In this document: positions 17,282-26,691 of the stretch, in pieces
How positions within the stretch are numbered: position 1 is the stretch's first letter
How the letters are laid out: every line of letters begins with the position of its first letter
Assembly (NCBI GenBank): GCA_050695215.1
Contig: JBOGSD010000068.1
Coordinates: 25,097 to 89,096 of the forward strand
Source of the DNA: a bacterium
GTDB lineage: Bacteria; Sysuimicrobiota; Sysuimicrobiia; Sysuimicrobiales; Humicultoraceae
Direction of reading: 5' to 3'
DNA: 64,000 bases
Notes under the pieces: model-generated
Seen by the model: the letters and a program-made list of their open reading frames with translations, nothing else
What the model was told of the DNA's origin: nothing
Database searches by the model: none
Program-made: the position numbers and the translations under genes

Positions 17282-19953
17282 TGCACTCGCTTCTCTGCCC
17301 GTCCCGCCGGCGGGCGGCGGGACGCCCGGGCGCGGTCGCGCAACTCGGAGAGCCGGTTCAGCGCCTCCAGCGGCGACATCGTCTCGACGGCCATGGCCAG
17401 CAGCTCCTCTTCGAGGGGGGACTCGACGGCCAGCGGGAGCGGCATCTGCCGGGCGGCGCGCGCCCGGCCGGGCAGGGGCGCGGCGGCCTCCTCCTGCGCC
17501 GGCGCCGCGCCGGGTCCGACGGAGAGGGCTTCGAGATGCGCGAGCACCCGGCGGGCCTGGTCGATCACGGCGGCGGGAATCCCCGCGAGGCGGGCCACGT
17601 GGATGCCGTAGGAGCGATCGGCCGCACCGGGAGAGACGCGATGCAAGAAGACCACCTCCTCCCCCTCTTCGGCGACGAGGACGTTGACGTTGTGGACGCG
17701 GGGGAGCAGGGCGGCCAGTTCGGTGAGTTCGTGGAAGTGCGTGGCGAAGAGGGTGCGCGCCCCGATCGCGTCGTGCAGGTGCTCGACGACCGCCCAGGCC
17801 AGGGCCATCCCGTCGTAGGTGCTGGTGCCGCGCCCGACTTCATCCAGGATGATGAGACTGGCCCGCGTCGCGCTGTGCAGGATCTGCGCCGTCTCCTGCA
17901 TCTCCACCAGGAAGGTGCTGCGTCCCGCCGCCGCGTCCTCACTGGCGCCGACGCGCGCAAAGATCCGGTCGGTCACGCCCACCGTCGCGTCCGCCGCAGG
18001 GACGAAGGAGCCGATCTGCGTCATGACGACCAGGATCGCGGCCTGCCGGCAGTAGACGCTCTTGCCGGCCATGTTGGGACCGGTGACGATGACGATGGCC
18101 CGGTCGTCGGCGTCCAGGTCGAAGTCGTTGGGGACGAAGCCTCCGGCCGGCAGCGCCGCTTCCACCACGGGGTGGCGGGCCGCCCGGGCGCGCAGGACCG
18201 GTTCCTCGGTGAGCACCGGGCGGACGAACGCGTGCGCCTCCGCCACCTCGGCGAGGGACGCCAGGACGTCCCACTCGGCCAGCGCCGTCGCGGTCCGCAG
18301 GATGGACCCGGCGTGGCGCGCCACCGCCTCGCGCAGGGCGGCAAACAGCGCCGCCTCCATCTCCTCGGCGCGCTCTTGGGCCCCCAGGATGAGGGCCTCG
18401 CGCTCTTTCATCTCCCCCGTGATGAAGCGCTCCGCCCCCGTCAGCGTCTGCTTGCGCACGTAGTCAGCGGGGACCAGTTTCAGGTTGGGGCGTGAGACTT
18501 CGATGTAGTACCCGAAGACTTTGTTGAAGCCGACGCGCAGCGATTTGATGCCGGTGCGGGCGCGCTCGGCCCCCTCCAGCGCGGCGATCCATTGCTTCCC
18601 GCCCCGGGCCGCGTCACGCAGCGCATCGAGATCGGGATGGTAGCCGTCTCGGAAGATGCCGCCCTCCCCCGCCGTCGCGGGGGGATCATCGGCGAGGGCG
18701 CGGGCGAGATCGGTGGCGACCTCGTCGTGCGCGTCCACCTGCGCGGTCAGTGTCGCCAGGAGCGGCGCGCCGGCCCCGGCCATCGCCTCCTTGAGGGCGG
18801 GGATCCGGTCCAGGGAGAGCCGCAGCGCCGCCAGATCGCGAGGCGTCGCCGACCCATGCCCCACCCGGCCGATCATCCGCGCCAGGTCCGAGACCGGCCG
18901 CAGCCCGGCTCGCACGGTCTCCCGCACCGCCGGACGGCGGAGTTCTTCGACCGCATCAAGCCGCGCCGCGATCGCTCCGGCGTCCCGGAGCGGTTGGCTG
19001 AGCCAGGTCGCCAACAACCGGCCGCCCATCGGCGTGAGGGTGCGGTCGAGGAGCGCCAGCAGGGTGTGTTTCGTCGAGCCGTCCCGCAGGTTGCGCAGAA
19101 TTTCGAGGTGGCGGCGCGTGCCTTCATCGAGGAGAAGGACGGCCTCGAGCTGGTAGGTGCGCAGTCCGCGCAGGTGGTCCAGCGGGCTGCGCTGCGTCTC
19201 TTGCAGATAAGAGAGGAGCACTCCCGCCGCGGTGACGGCCGTCCCCAGCGCCGCGGCCCCGTACCCGTCGAGGCTGTGCACCCGGAAGTGTTCCAGCAGC
19301 GTCCGCCGCGCCAGGGCGGGATCCCAGCGCCACGCCTCAATCGTCGTGATGGCTGTGGACGCCAGGTGCGCGCGGACGAGCGCCGCCTCCTCGGGCGCGG
19401 CGAGAACCTCCCGGGGCTCCAGGCGTGCGGCTTCCTCCCACAGCGCCGCGCTGTTGTCCTCGGGGACCTCCGTGATCAGGAACTCGCCGGTGGAGAGGTC
19501 GCAGGCAGCCATCCCCCACCGGTCGTCCTGGCGGGCGATGGCGATGAGAAAGGTGGCTCGGGCCGGCAGCAGCGAGGCCTCCATGACCGTCCCCGGCGTA
19601 ATGATGCGGGTGACCTCGCGCCGGAGAAGCCGTCGACCGCCCTGAGCGAGGAGCTCGTGCGCCTGCCCCGGATCCTCGGTCTGGTCGCAGAGCGCCACCC
19701 GGTGGCCGCGCTCGACCAGCCGCGCCACGTACGTCATCGCCGCGTGATGGGGGACGCCGCACATGGGAATGCGCCGCCCCTTGCCCACCTCGCGGGAGGT
19801 GAGGGTGATCTCCAGTTCGCGCGCGGCCACTTCCGCGTCCTCATAGAACAACTCATAGAAATCGCCCAGGCGGAAGAGCAGCAGCGTGTCGGGGTGGCGG
19901 GTCTTCAACTCATGGTATTGTCGCATCATCGGGGTGAGATCGTGGAAGGTCAT
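17278..19953 (-). CDS. mutS: DNA mismatch repair protein MutS
   Basis: Mismatch-binding N-terminus (PMMRQY...GDFYELF) and Walker A TGPNMAGKS. 891 aa. Confidence 0.92.
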   Translation of the reverse strand: MTFHDLTPMMRQYHELKTRHPDTLLLFRLGDFYELFYEDAEVAARELEITLTSREVGKGRRIPMCGVPHHAAMTYVARLVERGHRVALCDQTEDPGQAHELLAQGGRRLLRREVTRIITPGTVMEASLLPARATFLIAIARQDDRWGMAACDLSTGEFLITEVPEDNSAALWEEAARLEPREVLAAPEEAALVRAHLASTAITTIEAWRWDPALARRTLLEHFRVHSLDGYGAAALGTAVTAAGVLLSYLQETQRSPLDHLRGLRTYQLEAVLLLDEGTRRHLEILRNLRDGSTKHTLLALLDRTLTPMGGRLLATWLSQPLRDAGAIAARLDAVEELRRPAVRETVRAGLRPVSDLARMIGRVGHGSATPRDLAALRLSLDRIPALKEAMAGAGAPLLATLTAQVDAHDEVATDLARALADDPPATAGEGGIFRDGYHPDLDALRDAARGGKQWIAALEGAERARTGIKSLRVGFNKVFGYYIEVSRPNLKLVPADYVRKQTLTGAERFITGEMKEREALILGAQERAEEMEAALFAALREAVARHAGSILRTATALAEWDVLASLAEVAEAHAFVRPVLTEEPVLRARAARHPVVEAALPAGGFVPNDFDLDADDRAIVIVTGPNMAGKSVYCRQAAILVVMTQIGSFVPAADATVGVTDRIFARVGASEDAAAGRSTFLVEMQETAQILHSATRASLIILDEVGRGTSTYDGMALAWAVVEHLHDAIGARTLFATHFHELTELAALLPRVHNVNVLVAEEGEEVVFLHRVSPGAADRSYGIHVARLAGIPAAVIDQARRVLAHLEALSVGPGAAPAQEEAAAPLPGRARAARQMPLPLAVESPLEEELLAMAVETMSPLEALNRLSELRDRARASRRPPAGRAEKRVQ

Positions 19954-20077
19954 CCAGCGCAGCCCTCGCGGTTGTGGCTGTTCTGGTCAGGACCGAGGAA
20001 TCCTGCCCCTCCATGGCGAATAATGAGAGTTGGAGCGGCCCCGAACGCCCCCACATCATCCTCCTTCGAGGTGCATC

Positions 20078-20632
20078 ATGCGACTCTTCGTCGTTGCGCT
20101 GCTCGTCGCCCTCGCCACCCCGCTCGCCGCCGCCCCTTCCTCCGGGGGAGTCACTCCCGCCCCCGATCCGGCGGTGGCCGTCCTGGCCCGTCTCTCCGGC
20201 AAGGACTTTGACGTCGCCTACATGCGCCTGGTCGTCCCCGCTCATGAAGAGGCGGTCGAGGTGGCCATGGCCGCCACCTTGTGGGCCGATCATACAGATC
20301 TGCTGAAGTGGAACCAGCGAATGATCGAGCGCAAGAACGCGCAGGTGCGCCAGATGCTCACGCTGCTCGGCAGCGTGGGAGCAGGACCGACGCAGCGCTA
20401 CGCCGGCGTCGCCACGCCGACGGTGAAGAAAGTGCGCGCGCTGCGCGGCGGCGCGCTGGAACGCACCTACATGACCTATCTGATCACCCACTTCGACCGC
20501 AATGTTGCCTTCTCGCGGATGGCCGCGGGCAAAGGCAGCCCCGGAGTGAAGGCTCTTGGTGCGGCCATCGTCCAGGTGGAAGCGGGCGAAGCCACCATGC
20601 TCCGCGGCTGGATGAAGAAGTGGTATCCGTAG
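20078..20632 (+). CDS. DUF305 family protein (secreted, ferritin-like HxxE motifs)
   Basis: Signal peptide starting MRLFVVALL. PAHEEAVEVA and ITHFDRN repeats typical of DUF305. The ORF-track start lies upstream, but the signal peptide and a GAGGTG RBS favour 20078. Confidence 0.65.
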   Translation: MRLFVVALLVALATPLAAAPSSGGVTPAPDPAVAVLARLSGKDFDVAYMRLVVPAHEEAVEVAMAATLWADHTDLLKWNQRMIERKNAQVRQMLTLLGSVGAGPTQRYAGVATPTVKKVRALRGGALERTYMTYLITHFDRNVAFSRMAAGKGSPGVKALGAAIVQVEAGEATMLRGWMKKWYP

Positions 20633-20639
20633 CAGCCTT

Positions 20640-21251
20640 CTAGCGGCGGCGCAGGCGCCCCAGCAGCTCGCGTCCCCGGCGGGGTGTGATGGAATGGGGC
20701 GCCGGGGCCAGCCGGATGATCTCAAAGAGGCCCCCAAAGAGCGCGCGGATCTCTTCCTCCGAAACCGCAAAGGGCGGCCCCTCCGGCGGGTAGCCTGGGG
20801 GCAGGACCGGAAAGAAGAGCGCCAGCACCTCCCCCCCAGGGCGCAGCACGCCGGCGAGCACCTCGACGTACTCGCCACGGCGCGCCGGGCTGATCGCACA
20901 GAAGCACGTGTACTCCAGCGCATAGTCGAAGACTGCGGGAAAGCGGCCCGGAAGGGAAAAGAGGTCGGCCTGGAGGAAGGTGCAGGCCGCCCCCTCAGCC
21001 GCGGCCAGGGCGCGCGCGGCCCTCACCGCCGAGGGGGCATGATCGACGCCGGTCACGTCAAAGCCGGCCCGCGCAAAGAGCACGGCGTCATAGCCGCGGC
21101 CGCAGCCGGGGACCACCATCCGTCCCGGCGCGGGAGCGTCCGGGCCGGCCAGCAGATGGACGAACGACGGGGTGGGGCCGCCGAGGTCCCAGGCCGCGGT
21201 GCCCTGCCGGTACTGCGTCTCCCAGAACTCGGCGCGATCGACGTCCGTCAT
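20640..21251 (-). CDS. Thiopurine S-methyltransferase (TPMT) family SAM-dependent methyltransferase
   Basis: N-terminal W..W..aaWDLGG motif and GCGRGYD SAM-binding motif. Confidence 0.7.
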   Translation of the reverse strand: MTDVDRAEFWETQYRQGTAAWDLGGPTPSFVHLLAGPDAPAPGRMVVPGCGRGYDAVLFARAGFDVTGVDHAPSAVRAARALAAAEGAACTFLQADLFSLPGRFPAVFDYALEYTCFCAISPARRGEYVEVLAGVLRPGGEVLALFFPVLPPGYPPEGPPFAVSEEEIRALFGGLFEIIRLAPAPHSITPRRGRELLGRLRRR

Positions 21252-21316
21252 AGCGGGAACGGCGTCAGTATAGCCGGAATGATCTGAGCGGAAAGTACGA
21301 AAAGGGGGAGTGGGAC

Positions 21317-21760
21317 GTGAGACTGAAGATCGCGGCCCTCGTTCTGGCGGCCCTATTGCTGGGCGGCGCGGTCGGGGCCTACGCGCAGGACGTCATCACC
21401 ATCATCAAGACCGTCGGCATCGGGGTAGCGGTGCGGACCTTCGCGCCGCAGATCAACACCTTCATCAATAACCTGCTGCAGGCGCGGGACGCGGAGACGA
21501 AGGAGACGACCAAGGTCGTGCCGATTCTCTCCATCTCCATCGGCATCGGGACGCCGGGGCGGGCCACCATCGGCGCGGCGCAGGTGGCGGGGCCGAAGTC
21601 GGCGGTGGCGCGCACCCAGGCCGTCGCCGCCATCGACGCCAACTTCTCGGGCGTCTGGCAGATCCGCGCCCTCATCCCGGTGGACAGTCTGGAACCGTGG
21701 AAGCGGCTGCGCCGCGTGGTCGGCGTGGGCGTCTCCGCCATCATCGACGTCCGCATCTAG
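21317..21760 (+). CDS. Secreted hypothetical protein (147 aa)
   Basis: Signal peptide ending AYAQD. No recognised domain. Confidence 0.45.
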   Translation: MRLKIAALVLAALLLGGAVGAYAQDVITIIKTVGIGVAVRTFAPQINTFINNLLQARDAETKETTKVVPILSISIGIGTPGRATIGAAQVAGPKSAVARTQAVAAIDANFSGVWQIRALIPVDSLEPWKRLRRVVGVGVSAIIDVRI

Positions 21761-21856
21761 TCCCACGGCCGTCCGCATCGAGTTCCGCAGTCGGGCTTCT
21801 AGGGTGGAGTCCCAGCCTGTCACGGCTTTCCTTCGGGAAGGTCGTCACGGGTTTTC

Positions 21857-21956
21857 TGGTGGCGGAGGGCCCTGGGAATCGAACCCAGCGCGGAACCCGA
21901 GGCCCCGCCACCGGTTTTGAAGACCGGGACCCGCACCAGCGGACACTGCCCTCCGC
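21857..21956 (-). tRNA. selC: tRNA-Sec (selenocysteine tRNA, anticodon UCA)
   Basis: Reverse complement reads GCGGAGGG..GUCCGC-UGGU-GCGGGU..CCGGU-CUUCAAA-ACCGG..long variable arm..CUGGG-UUCGAUU-CCCAG..CCCUCCGC-CACCA. The anticodon loop CUUCAAA is identical to E. coli selC. 6-bp D-stem with 4-nt loop, long extra arm, about 100 nt total. The exact 5'/3' ends are uncertain by 1-3 nt because of the CCACCA tail. Confidence 0.75.
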
Positions 21957-22047
21957 ATCGCTCAAGCAGTCTTATCCTGAGAGGTATGCTATCATGAGCG
22001 CAAAGACCGGCGCGGGCCGTCATTCACGCCACGTTTCGGAGGACTCC

Positions 22048-23238
22048 ATGCGCCCTGCCGTCCTGCTCCTCGCCGCGCTGTTGGCGATCGTCCTCACTTT
22101 CCCCGGCTTCACCGCTCCGATTCCCTGTCCCGTCATCGAAGGCGTCGGGGTGGGCGCCGTGCGTATCGGCATGTCCGCCGCCGAGGGCCTCCGCCTGGCC
22201 GGTACGCCCGCCGGACGAGTCACGGGGACGCGGGCCCAGGAGACCGTTTACCTTTTTGCCACCACGCTGGCGCAGATCACGGTCGAAGGGGGCTTGGTCA
22301 GCCGCATCGCCACGCGCCATCCTACCTGCGTGACCGCCCAGGGGGTACGCATCGGCGACAGTGAAGCGCGGATGCGCGTCGTCTACGAGCGCGCTCCCGG
22401 TAGCCTGCGGGGGCGGGCGGGCGCGGTCACCCGATACGTGTTTCCGTTCACCGGCATCGAATTCATCCTCACCGACGGACGCGTGACCCTGATCGAGGTC
22501 TTCCGGCCCGACGCGCTTCCCGCCCGCGGGACGCCGACCCCAGCGGCGGCGGGAGGCGAGTCCACGGTCGTCTTTCGATCGCTGGCCGGCCGCGCCGACG
22601 GGACGAGTTTTGTGGTCACGGGGTCGGTCGCCAACGCGGGCGCTCCCCTCGCCCTGTTCGTCCAGGTGATCCTGCTCGGACCGGAAGGCCGGCAGGTTGG
22701 AGAAGGCACGGCCACGCTGGTGCCCAACCCGGTCGGCGGGGGTCGCGCCGGATCCTTCGAAGTGCGCCTGCCTCTCGACGAGATCGTCACCCGCTTCGTG
22801 GTCATCGTACGGCCGATGAACCGGCCCGCCACCGCGCTGGCGGAGACGTCGCAGGAGGTCAAGGACGCGGGGCAGTTCGCCGACGTCGTCATCGAACGCC
22901 TGCTGGAGGTGACGGTGCTGGGGGCGACCCTGGAGCGGGCCAGCGGAACCCACGCCGCGGTGACCAACCGGAGCTCGCTCAAGATCACCGGGCTGGTCAT
23001 CGAGATCGAGATGCGCCGTGTTTGCCGGGTGACGCCGGTCGGTAGCACACTGCCCCAGGTGCCCACGACCTTTACCGACATCCGCAAGGGGACGGTGCGG
23101 ATCGGCGAGCTCGCCCCGAACGCCCGCGTCGAGGTGCCTATCGACCTCTCCGCGACCGGGCCATGCCTGGGCGCCGGCGCTGAGTGGCAGGCCTCTTGGA
23201 AAGTCCTCTCGGCCAAGGTGGAAGAGGAAAAGAAGTAG
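22048..23238 (+). CDS. Secreted hypothetical protein (about 396 aa)
   Basis: Signal peptide starting MRPAVLLLAALLAIVL with a GGAGGA RBS. An alternative ATG is at 21994. The upstream part of the ORF-track ORF overlaps the tRNA-Sec gene and is rejected. Confidence 0.5.
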   Translation: MRPAVLLLAALLAIVLTFPGFTAPIPCPVIEGVGVGAVRIGMSAAEGLRLAGTPAGRVTGTRAQETVYLFATTLAQITVEGGLVSRIATRHPTCVTAQGVRIGDSEARMRVVYERAPGSLRGRAGAVTRYVFPFTGIEFILTDGRVTLIEVFRPDALPARGTPTPAAAGGESTVVFRSLAGRADGTSFVVTGSVANAGAPLALFVQVILLGPEGRQVGEGTATLVPNPVGGGRAGSFEVRLPLDEIVTRFVVIVRPMNRPATALAETSQEVKDAGQFADVVIERLLEVTVLGATLERASGTHAAVTNRSSLKITGLVIEIEMRRVCRVTPVGSTLPQVPTTFTDIRKGTVRIGELAPNARVEVPIDLSATGPCLGAGAEWQASWKVLSAKVEEEKK

Positions 23239-23242
23239 CGGG

Positions 23243-25249
23243 TTACTGAGCGCGCGGCGTGGCCGGTGGGGTCTCCCCGGCGCGAACGGCGAGGACCCGC
23301 CGGTCTCCTACCCGGCGGGTCAGGCGAACGCCGTCAAAATATTCGAGGAGCGCTAGCGCATATTTCCGGCTTGTCCCCAGCCCATCGCGCAGCGCCGCCA
23401 CGGTAATCTCTCCGGCGCGGTCAATGTGGGCGACGATCCTCTCCCTGATCTCTTCGAGCACCGCCGCGGCATAGTAGATGCCGGGCGCCACTTCGATGAG
23501 CGTCCCTTCTTCCTGCAGGGATTGGGCCGCGATGTGGAAGGCCGAGGGCTCGCCCCGCGGGCCGTGCGGGCCCCCTCCCGTTTGGCCGGCCGGGTGCGTC
23601 TCCACCTCCGCCAGTCCCGGCGGAGCGAAGCGCCCATCGGTCATCGCCGCCAGCAGGATCTCCCGCCACCGCCCCTCCTCGGGGGCATACCGGGGGCCCC
23701 ATCCGGAGAGGTGGACGAATCCCCGCGTTATACCGATGACCCCGGATGCTAAGAACCGGTCCAGCACCGCGCCGGCCAGACGATCGTCGGCCTCAGCCAG
23801 CACCCGCCGCCTCACCTCTTCCCGCGGCAGGCCGAGGCGCCAGGGCCTGCCTCGATGGGTCTCCTCCAGCAGCCGGACCAGACGCTCCCTGGCTCCCTCC
23901 ACGACCTCGTGCGCCAGCAGCCGGCCGCCGATCAGGAGGAGGTCGCCCGACGCCACCAGGGTCCGCAGCCTCTCGGCCAGCGTTGCGGCGGATTCGGCCA
24001 GGACGGAAGTGAGAGTCTCAGGCGTGGTCCCGGCCAGCCCGCGAGCCGAGACGGCCTGCCGCAGCACCGCCTCCGGAGGCGCGCCGGCCAGCGCCGCCAC
24101 CGTCTGCGCGGAGGCCGCCCCGCGCCGGCGCCGCGGCGGATCGGCCGCGAGGACCTCTCCGCCTCCCAGCGTGGTCAGCGGCGAGTAGCGTCGCAGCACG
24201 AAGCGGTCGCCCCGCGCCGCCACCACCGGCCGCTCAAAGCGCAGCTGCGCAGGGGCCTCCTCGCCAGGGGCGAGGAGGTCGCGGTCCAGCAGGGCGATGC
24301 GGCAGAGCGCTTCGTCGGTCCCGAGATAGAAGCGCAGCCGGGCCAGATGCGCCAGCGGCGGGGCACCCGCCAGCAGCGCCACGCGCACGTCCAGCAGGGA
24401 CGCGGGGCGCAAGGTTGCGGGCGTCGCCAGCACCGCACCTCGGGCCAGCGCCTCGCGCTCGGCGCCCACCAGGTTGAGCGCGGCCCGCGAGCCGGCCAGG
24501 ACTTCATCCACCCGCGTCCCGTGCCGCTGGATCTGGCGCACCCGGGCGGCCTCGCCGCCGGGGAGAACCGCCAGCGCGTCGCCGGTGCGGATGCGGCCGC
24601 TCCAGAGCGTCCCCGTGACGACGGTGCCGAACCCGGTCATGGTGAAGACCCGGTCGACGGGAAGGCGCACCGGACCCTCGGCGGACCGGGCCGTCAGGGT
24701 GTCGAGGCTGTGTCCGATCGCCCCCACCAGGTGGTCCAGGCCGGCGCCGGTCCGGGCGGAGACCCGGACGATCTGGGCGCCGTCGAGAAACGTCCCGGCC
24801 GAGAGGTGGCGCAAGTCCTCCTCGACCAGGGCCAGCCATTCCGCGTCGTCCACAAGATCGATCTTGGAGAGGACGATCAGTCCGCCGCGCGGGCGGAGAA
24901 ACCGCAGGATGTCCAGGTGCTCCCGAGTCTGCGGCATGATCCCCTCGTCCGCCGCCACCACCAGAAGCACGAGGTCCATCCCGCCTGCTCCGGCCAGCAT
25001 GGTGCGGATCAACCGCTCGTGGCCGGGTACGTCGACGATCCCGGCGCGCCGCCCGCCGGGGAGGTCGAGGTGAGCGAAGCCGAGGTCGATCGTCATCCCG
25101 CGCCGCTTCTCTTCATCCAGCCGGTCGGGGTCGATACCCGTGAGGGCCCGGACGAGGGCGCTCTTGCCGTGGTCGATGTGCCCCGCCGTGCCGATAACGT
25201 AGGCGGCGGGGGAGTCCGAGACGCCGGTTGGATCTGTCCCGATGCTCAC
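23243..25249 (-). CDS. selB: Selenocysteine-specific translation elongation factor SelB
   Basis: G-domain [23 protein letters not shown]-terminal winged-helix SECIS-binding domains. Start proposed at GTG 25249, overlapping the selA TGA as GTGA; the ORF-track N-terminal extension is rejected. Confidence 0.85.
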   Translation of the reverse strand: MSIGTDPTGVSDSPAAYVIGTAGHIDHGKSALVRALTGIDPDRLDEEKRRGMTIDLGFAHLDLPGGRRAGIVDVPGHERLIRTMLAGAGGMDLVLLVVAADEGIMPQTREHLDILRFLRPRGGLIVLSKIDLVDDAEWLALVEEDLRHLSAGTFLDGAQIVRVSARTGAGLDHLVGAIGHSLDTLTARSAEGPVRLPVDRVFTMTGFGTVVTGTLWSGRIRTGDALAVLPGGEAARVRQIQRHGTRVDEVLAGSRAALNLVGAEREALARGAVLATPATLRPASLLDVRVALLAGAPPLAHLARLRFYLGTDEALCRIALLDRDLLAPGEEAPAQLRFERPVVAARGDRFVLRRYSPLTTLGGGEVLAADPPRRRRGAASAQTVAALAGAPPEAVLRQAVSARGLAGTTPETLTSVLAESAATLAERLRTLVASGDLLLIGGRLLAHEVVEGARERLVRLLEETHRGRPWRLGLPREEVRRRVLAEADDRLAGAVLDRFLASGVIGITRGFVHLSGWGPRYAPEEGRWREILLAAMTDGRFAPPGLAEVETHPAGQTGGGPHGPRGEPSAFHIAAQSLQEEGTLIEVAPGIYYAAAVLEEIRERIVAHIDRAGEITVAALRDGLGTSRKYALALLEYFDGVRLTRRVGDRRVLAVRAGETPPATPRAQ

Positions 25250-26682
25250 CGCAGCGCGGAGAAGGCCGCGACGACGGCCTCGACGTCGTCCGGCGAAAGC
25301 GTCCGTAGATTCAGCAGGAGAGCTTCGTCCTGAATGCGCGCGATCACCGGCGGACGAGCCTGGCGGAGCTGCGCCGCCCAGGCCTCCGCTCCGGCTCGGC
25401 GGGGACGCACCCGCACTGCCGACGACGACAGGCCGGCCTCGGGGAGCGCTCCTCCCCCCACCTGTGCCTCGGCGCCGACGACGGCCACCTCCGCGCCTTC
25501 TCCGAGTCGCTCTCTCAGGCGGTCCGCGAGCCGCTGCGCTCGCGCCTCCAATTCCTCGGGGCCGGCCGCCAGCATCTGCAGAATGGGAATCTGCGCCCAC
25601 GCCTCTCCGGGCGTCAGGTAATGGCGCAGCGTCGCCGCCAATGCGGCCAGGTCGAGCCGGTCGATGCGGAGCGCCCGCGCCAGGGGATGACCGCGGCAGC
25701 GGCTGACCGCCTCCTTCGTCCCTACCAGCAGGCCGGCCTGCGGGCCCCCCGCCAGCTTGTCTCCACTGAAGGTTACCAGCGCGGCGCCGGCGGTGACCGC
25801 GTCCTGCACCGTCGGCTCGCGCGGAAGGCCCCGCTCGGCCAGGTCCACCAGCGCGCCGCTGCCCAGGTCATACATGACGGGGATGCTGCGGCCGGCGGCC
25901 AGCGCCACCAGCTCGGGCACCGGCACCTCGTGGACGAACCCCGACATGGCGAAGTTGCTGCGGTGCACCTTCAGCACCAGCGCGGTCTGCGGCGTTAATG
26001 CCCGTTCATAGTCGGCCAGGTGGGTGCGGTTGGTGGTGCCCACCTCTACCAGCCGAGCGCCGCTTTGGGCCATCACCTCCGGCATGCGAAAGGAGCCGCC
26101 AATCTCCACGAGCTCGCCCCGTGAGACGATGACCTCGCGTCCCGCCGCGAGGGCGGCGAGACCGAGGAGGACTGCCGCCGCGTTGTTATTGACGGCCAGA
26201 GCGGCCTCTGCACCGCTGATCTCTTCCAGCAGCGTCTCGACGTGCGCCTGCCGCGATCCCCGGTCGCCGGTTTCGGGATCGATCTCCAGGAAGGTATAGC
26301 CGGTCAGCGCCGCCCGCACCGCCTCCTGGGCGGCCGCACTGAGCGGTGCTCTTCCTAGGTTGGTGTGAATGAGGATGCCGGTGGCGTTGACCGCGCGCAC
26401 CAGTGAGGGATGGCCATACCAGGCGAGGAGGCGGGCGCTGTCGGCGAGGACCTGCTCCGGAGCCCATCCGGCCGGAGCCGTCCCCTCGATTAGCCCGCTT
26501 CGGGCCTCCTTCAGCAGCCGGCTCCTCGCCGTCTCCAGCGCCTGGCGGACGAAGCGGGCGGCCAGCGGTCGTGGAATACCGTCAAGACGACCGGAGCCTT
26601 CCAGCTGCGAAAGCACGCGCTCTACCGAGGGGAGCTGACGAAGCCGCACATCACGCGGGTCAGGAGGGTCGGTCACCCCCAC
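25246..26682 (-). CDS. selA: L-seryl-tRNA(Sec) selenium transferase SelA
   Basis: SelA signature VNATGILIHTNLGRA. PLP-Lys region FSGDKLAGGPQAG. Confidence 0.88.
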   Translation of the reverse strand: MGVTDPPDPRDVRLRQLPSVERVLSQLEGSGRLDGIPRPLAARFVRQALETARSRLLKEARSGLIEGTAPAGWAPEQVLADSARLLAWYGHPSLVRAVNATGILIHTNLGRAPLSAAAQEAVRAALTGYTFLEIDPETGDRGSRQAHVETLLEEISGAEAALAVNNNAAAVLLGLAALAAGREVIVSRGELVEIGGSFRMPEVMAQSGARLVEVGTTNRTHLADYERALTPQTALVLKVHRSNFAMSGFVHEVPVPELVALAAGRSIPVMYDLGSGALVDLAERGLPREPTVQDAVTAGAALVTFSGDKLAGGPQAGLLVGTKEAVSRCRGHPLARALRIDRLDLAALAATLRHYLTPGEAWAQIPILQMLAAGPEELEARAQRLADRLRERLGEGAEVAVVGAEAQVGGGALPEAGLSSSAVRVRPRRAGAEAWAAQLRQARPPVIARIQDEALLLNLRTLSPDDVEAVVAAFSALR

Positions 26683-26691
26683 TCCTCCTCC

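Noticed and set aside
14588-17611. 1007-aa plus-strand ORF; similar long ORFs at 18592-20211, 23855-25333, 26764-29967, 30164-32512, 34133-35632, 40425-42167, 49659-53144, 53024-54613, 56012-57190, 59021-60823 and 62330-63544.
   Set aside because: All lie antisense to genes with clear homology (miaA, mutL, mutS, selB, rny, sbcC, helicase, cinA, ABC genes, ftsK, rnj, lysC). Their translations are Arg/Gly/Pro/Ala-rich low-complexity sequences typical of GC-rich spurious frames.
21697-21993. Upstream part of the 513-aa plus-strand ORF running over the tRNA-Sec gene.
   Set aside because: It overlaps the tRNA on the opposite strand and lacks an RBS. The signal-peptide-containing start at 22048 (or 21994) is more plausible.
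25250-25600. Long N-terminal extension of selB in the ORF track (785 aa).
   Set aside because: It is Gly/Arg-rich, lies entirely inside selA, and would place the GTP-binding P-loop about 140 aa from the start. A GTG overlapping the selA stop gives a canonical SelB N-terminus.
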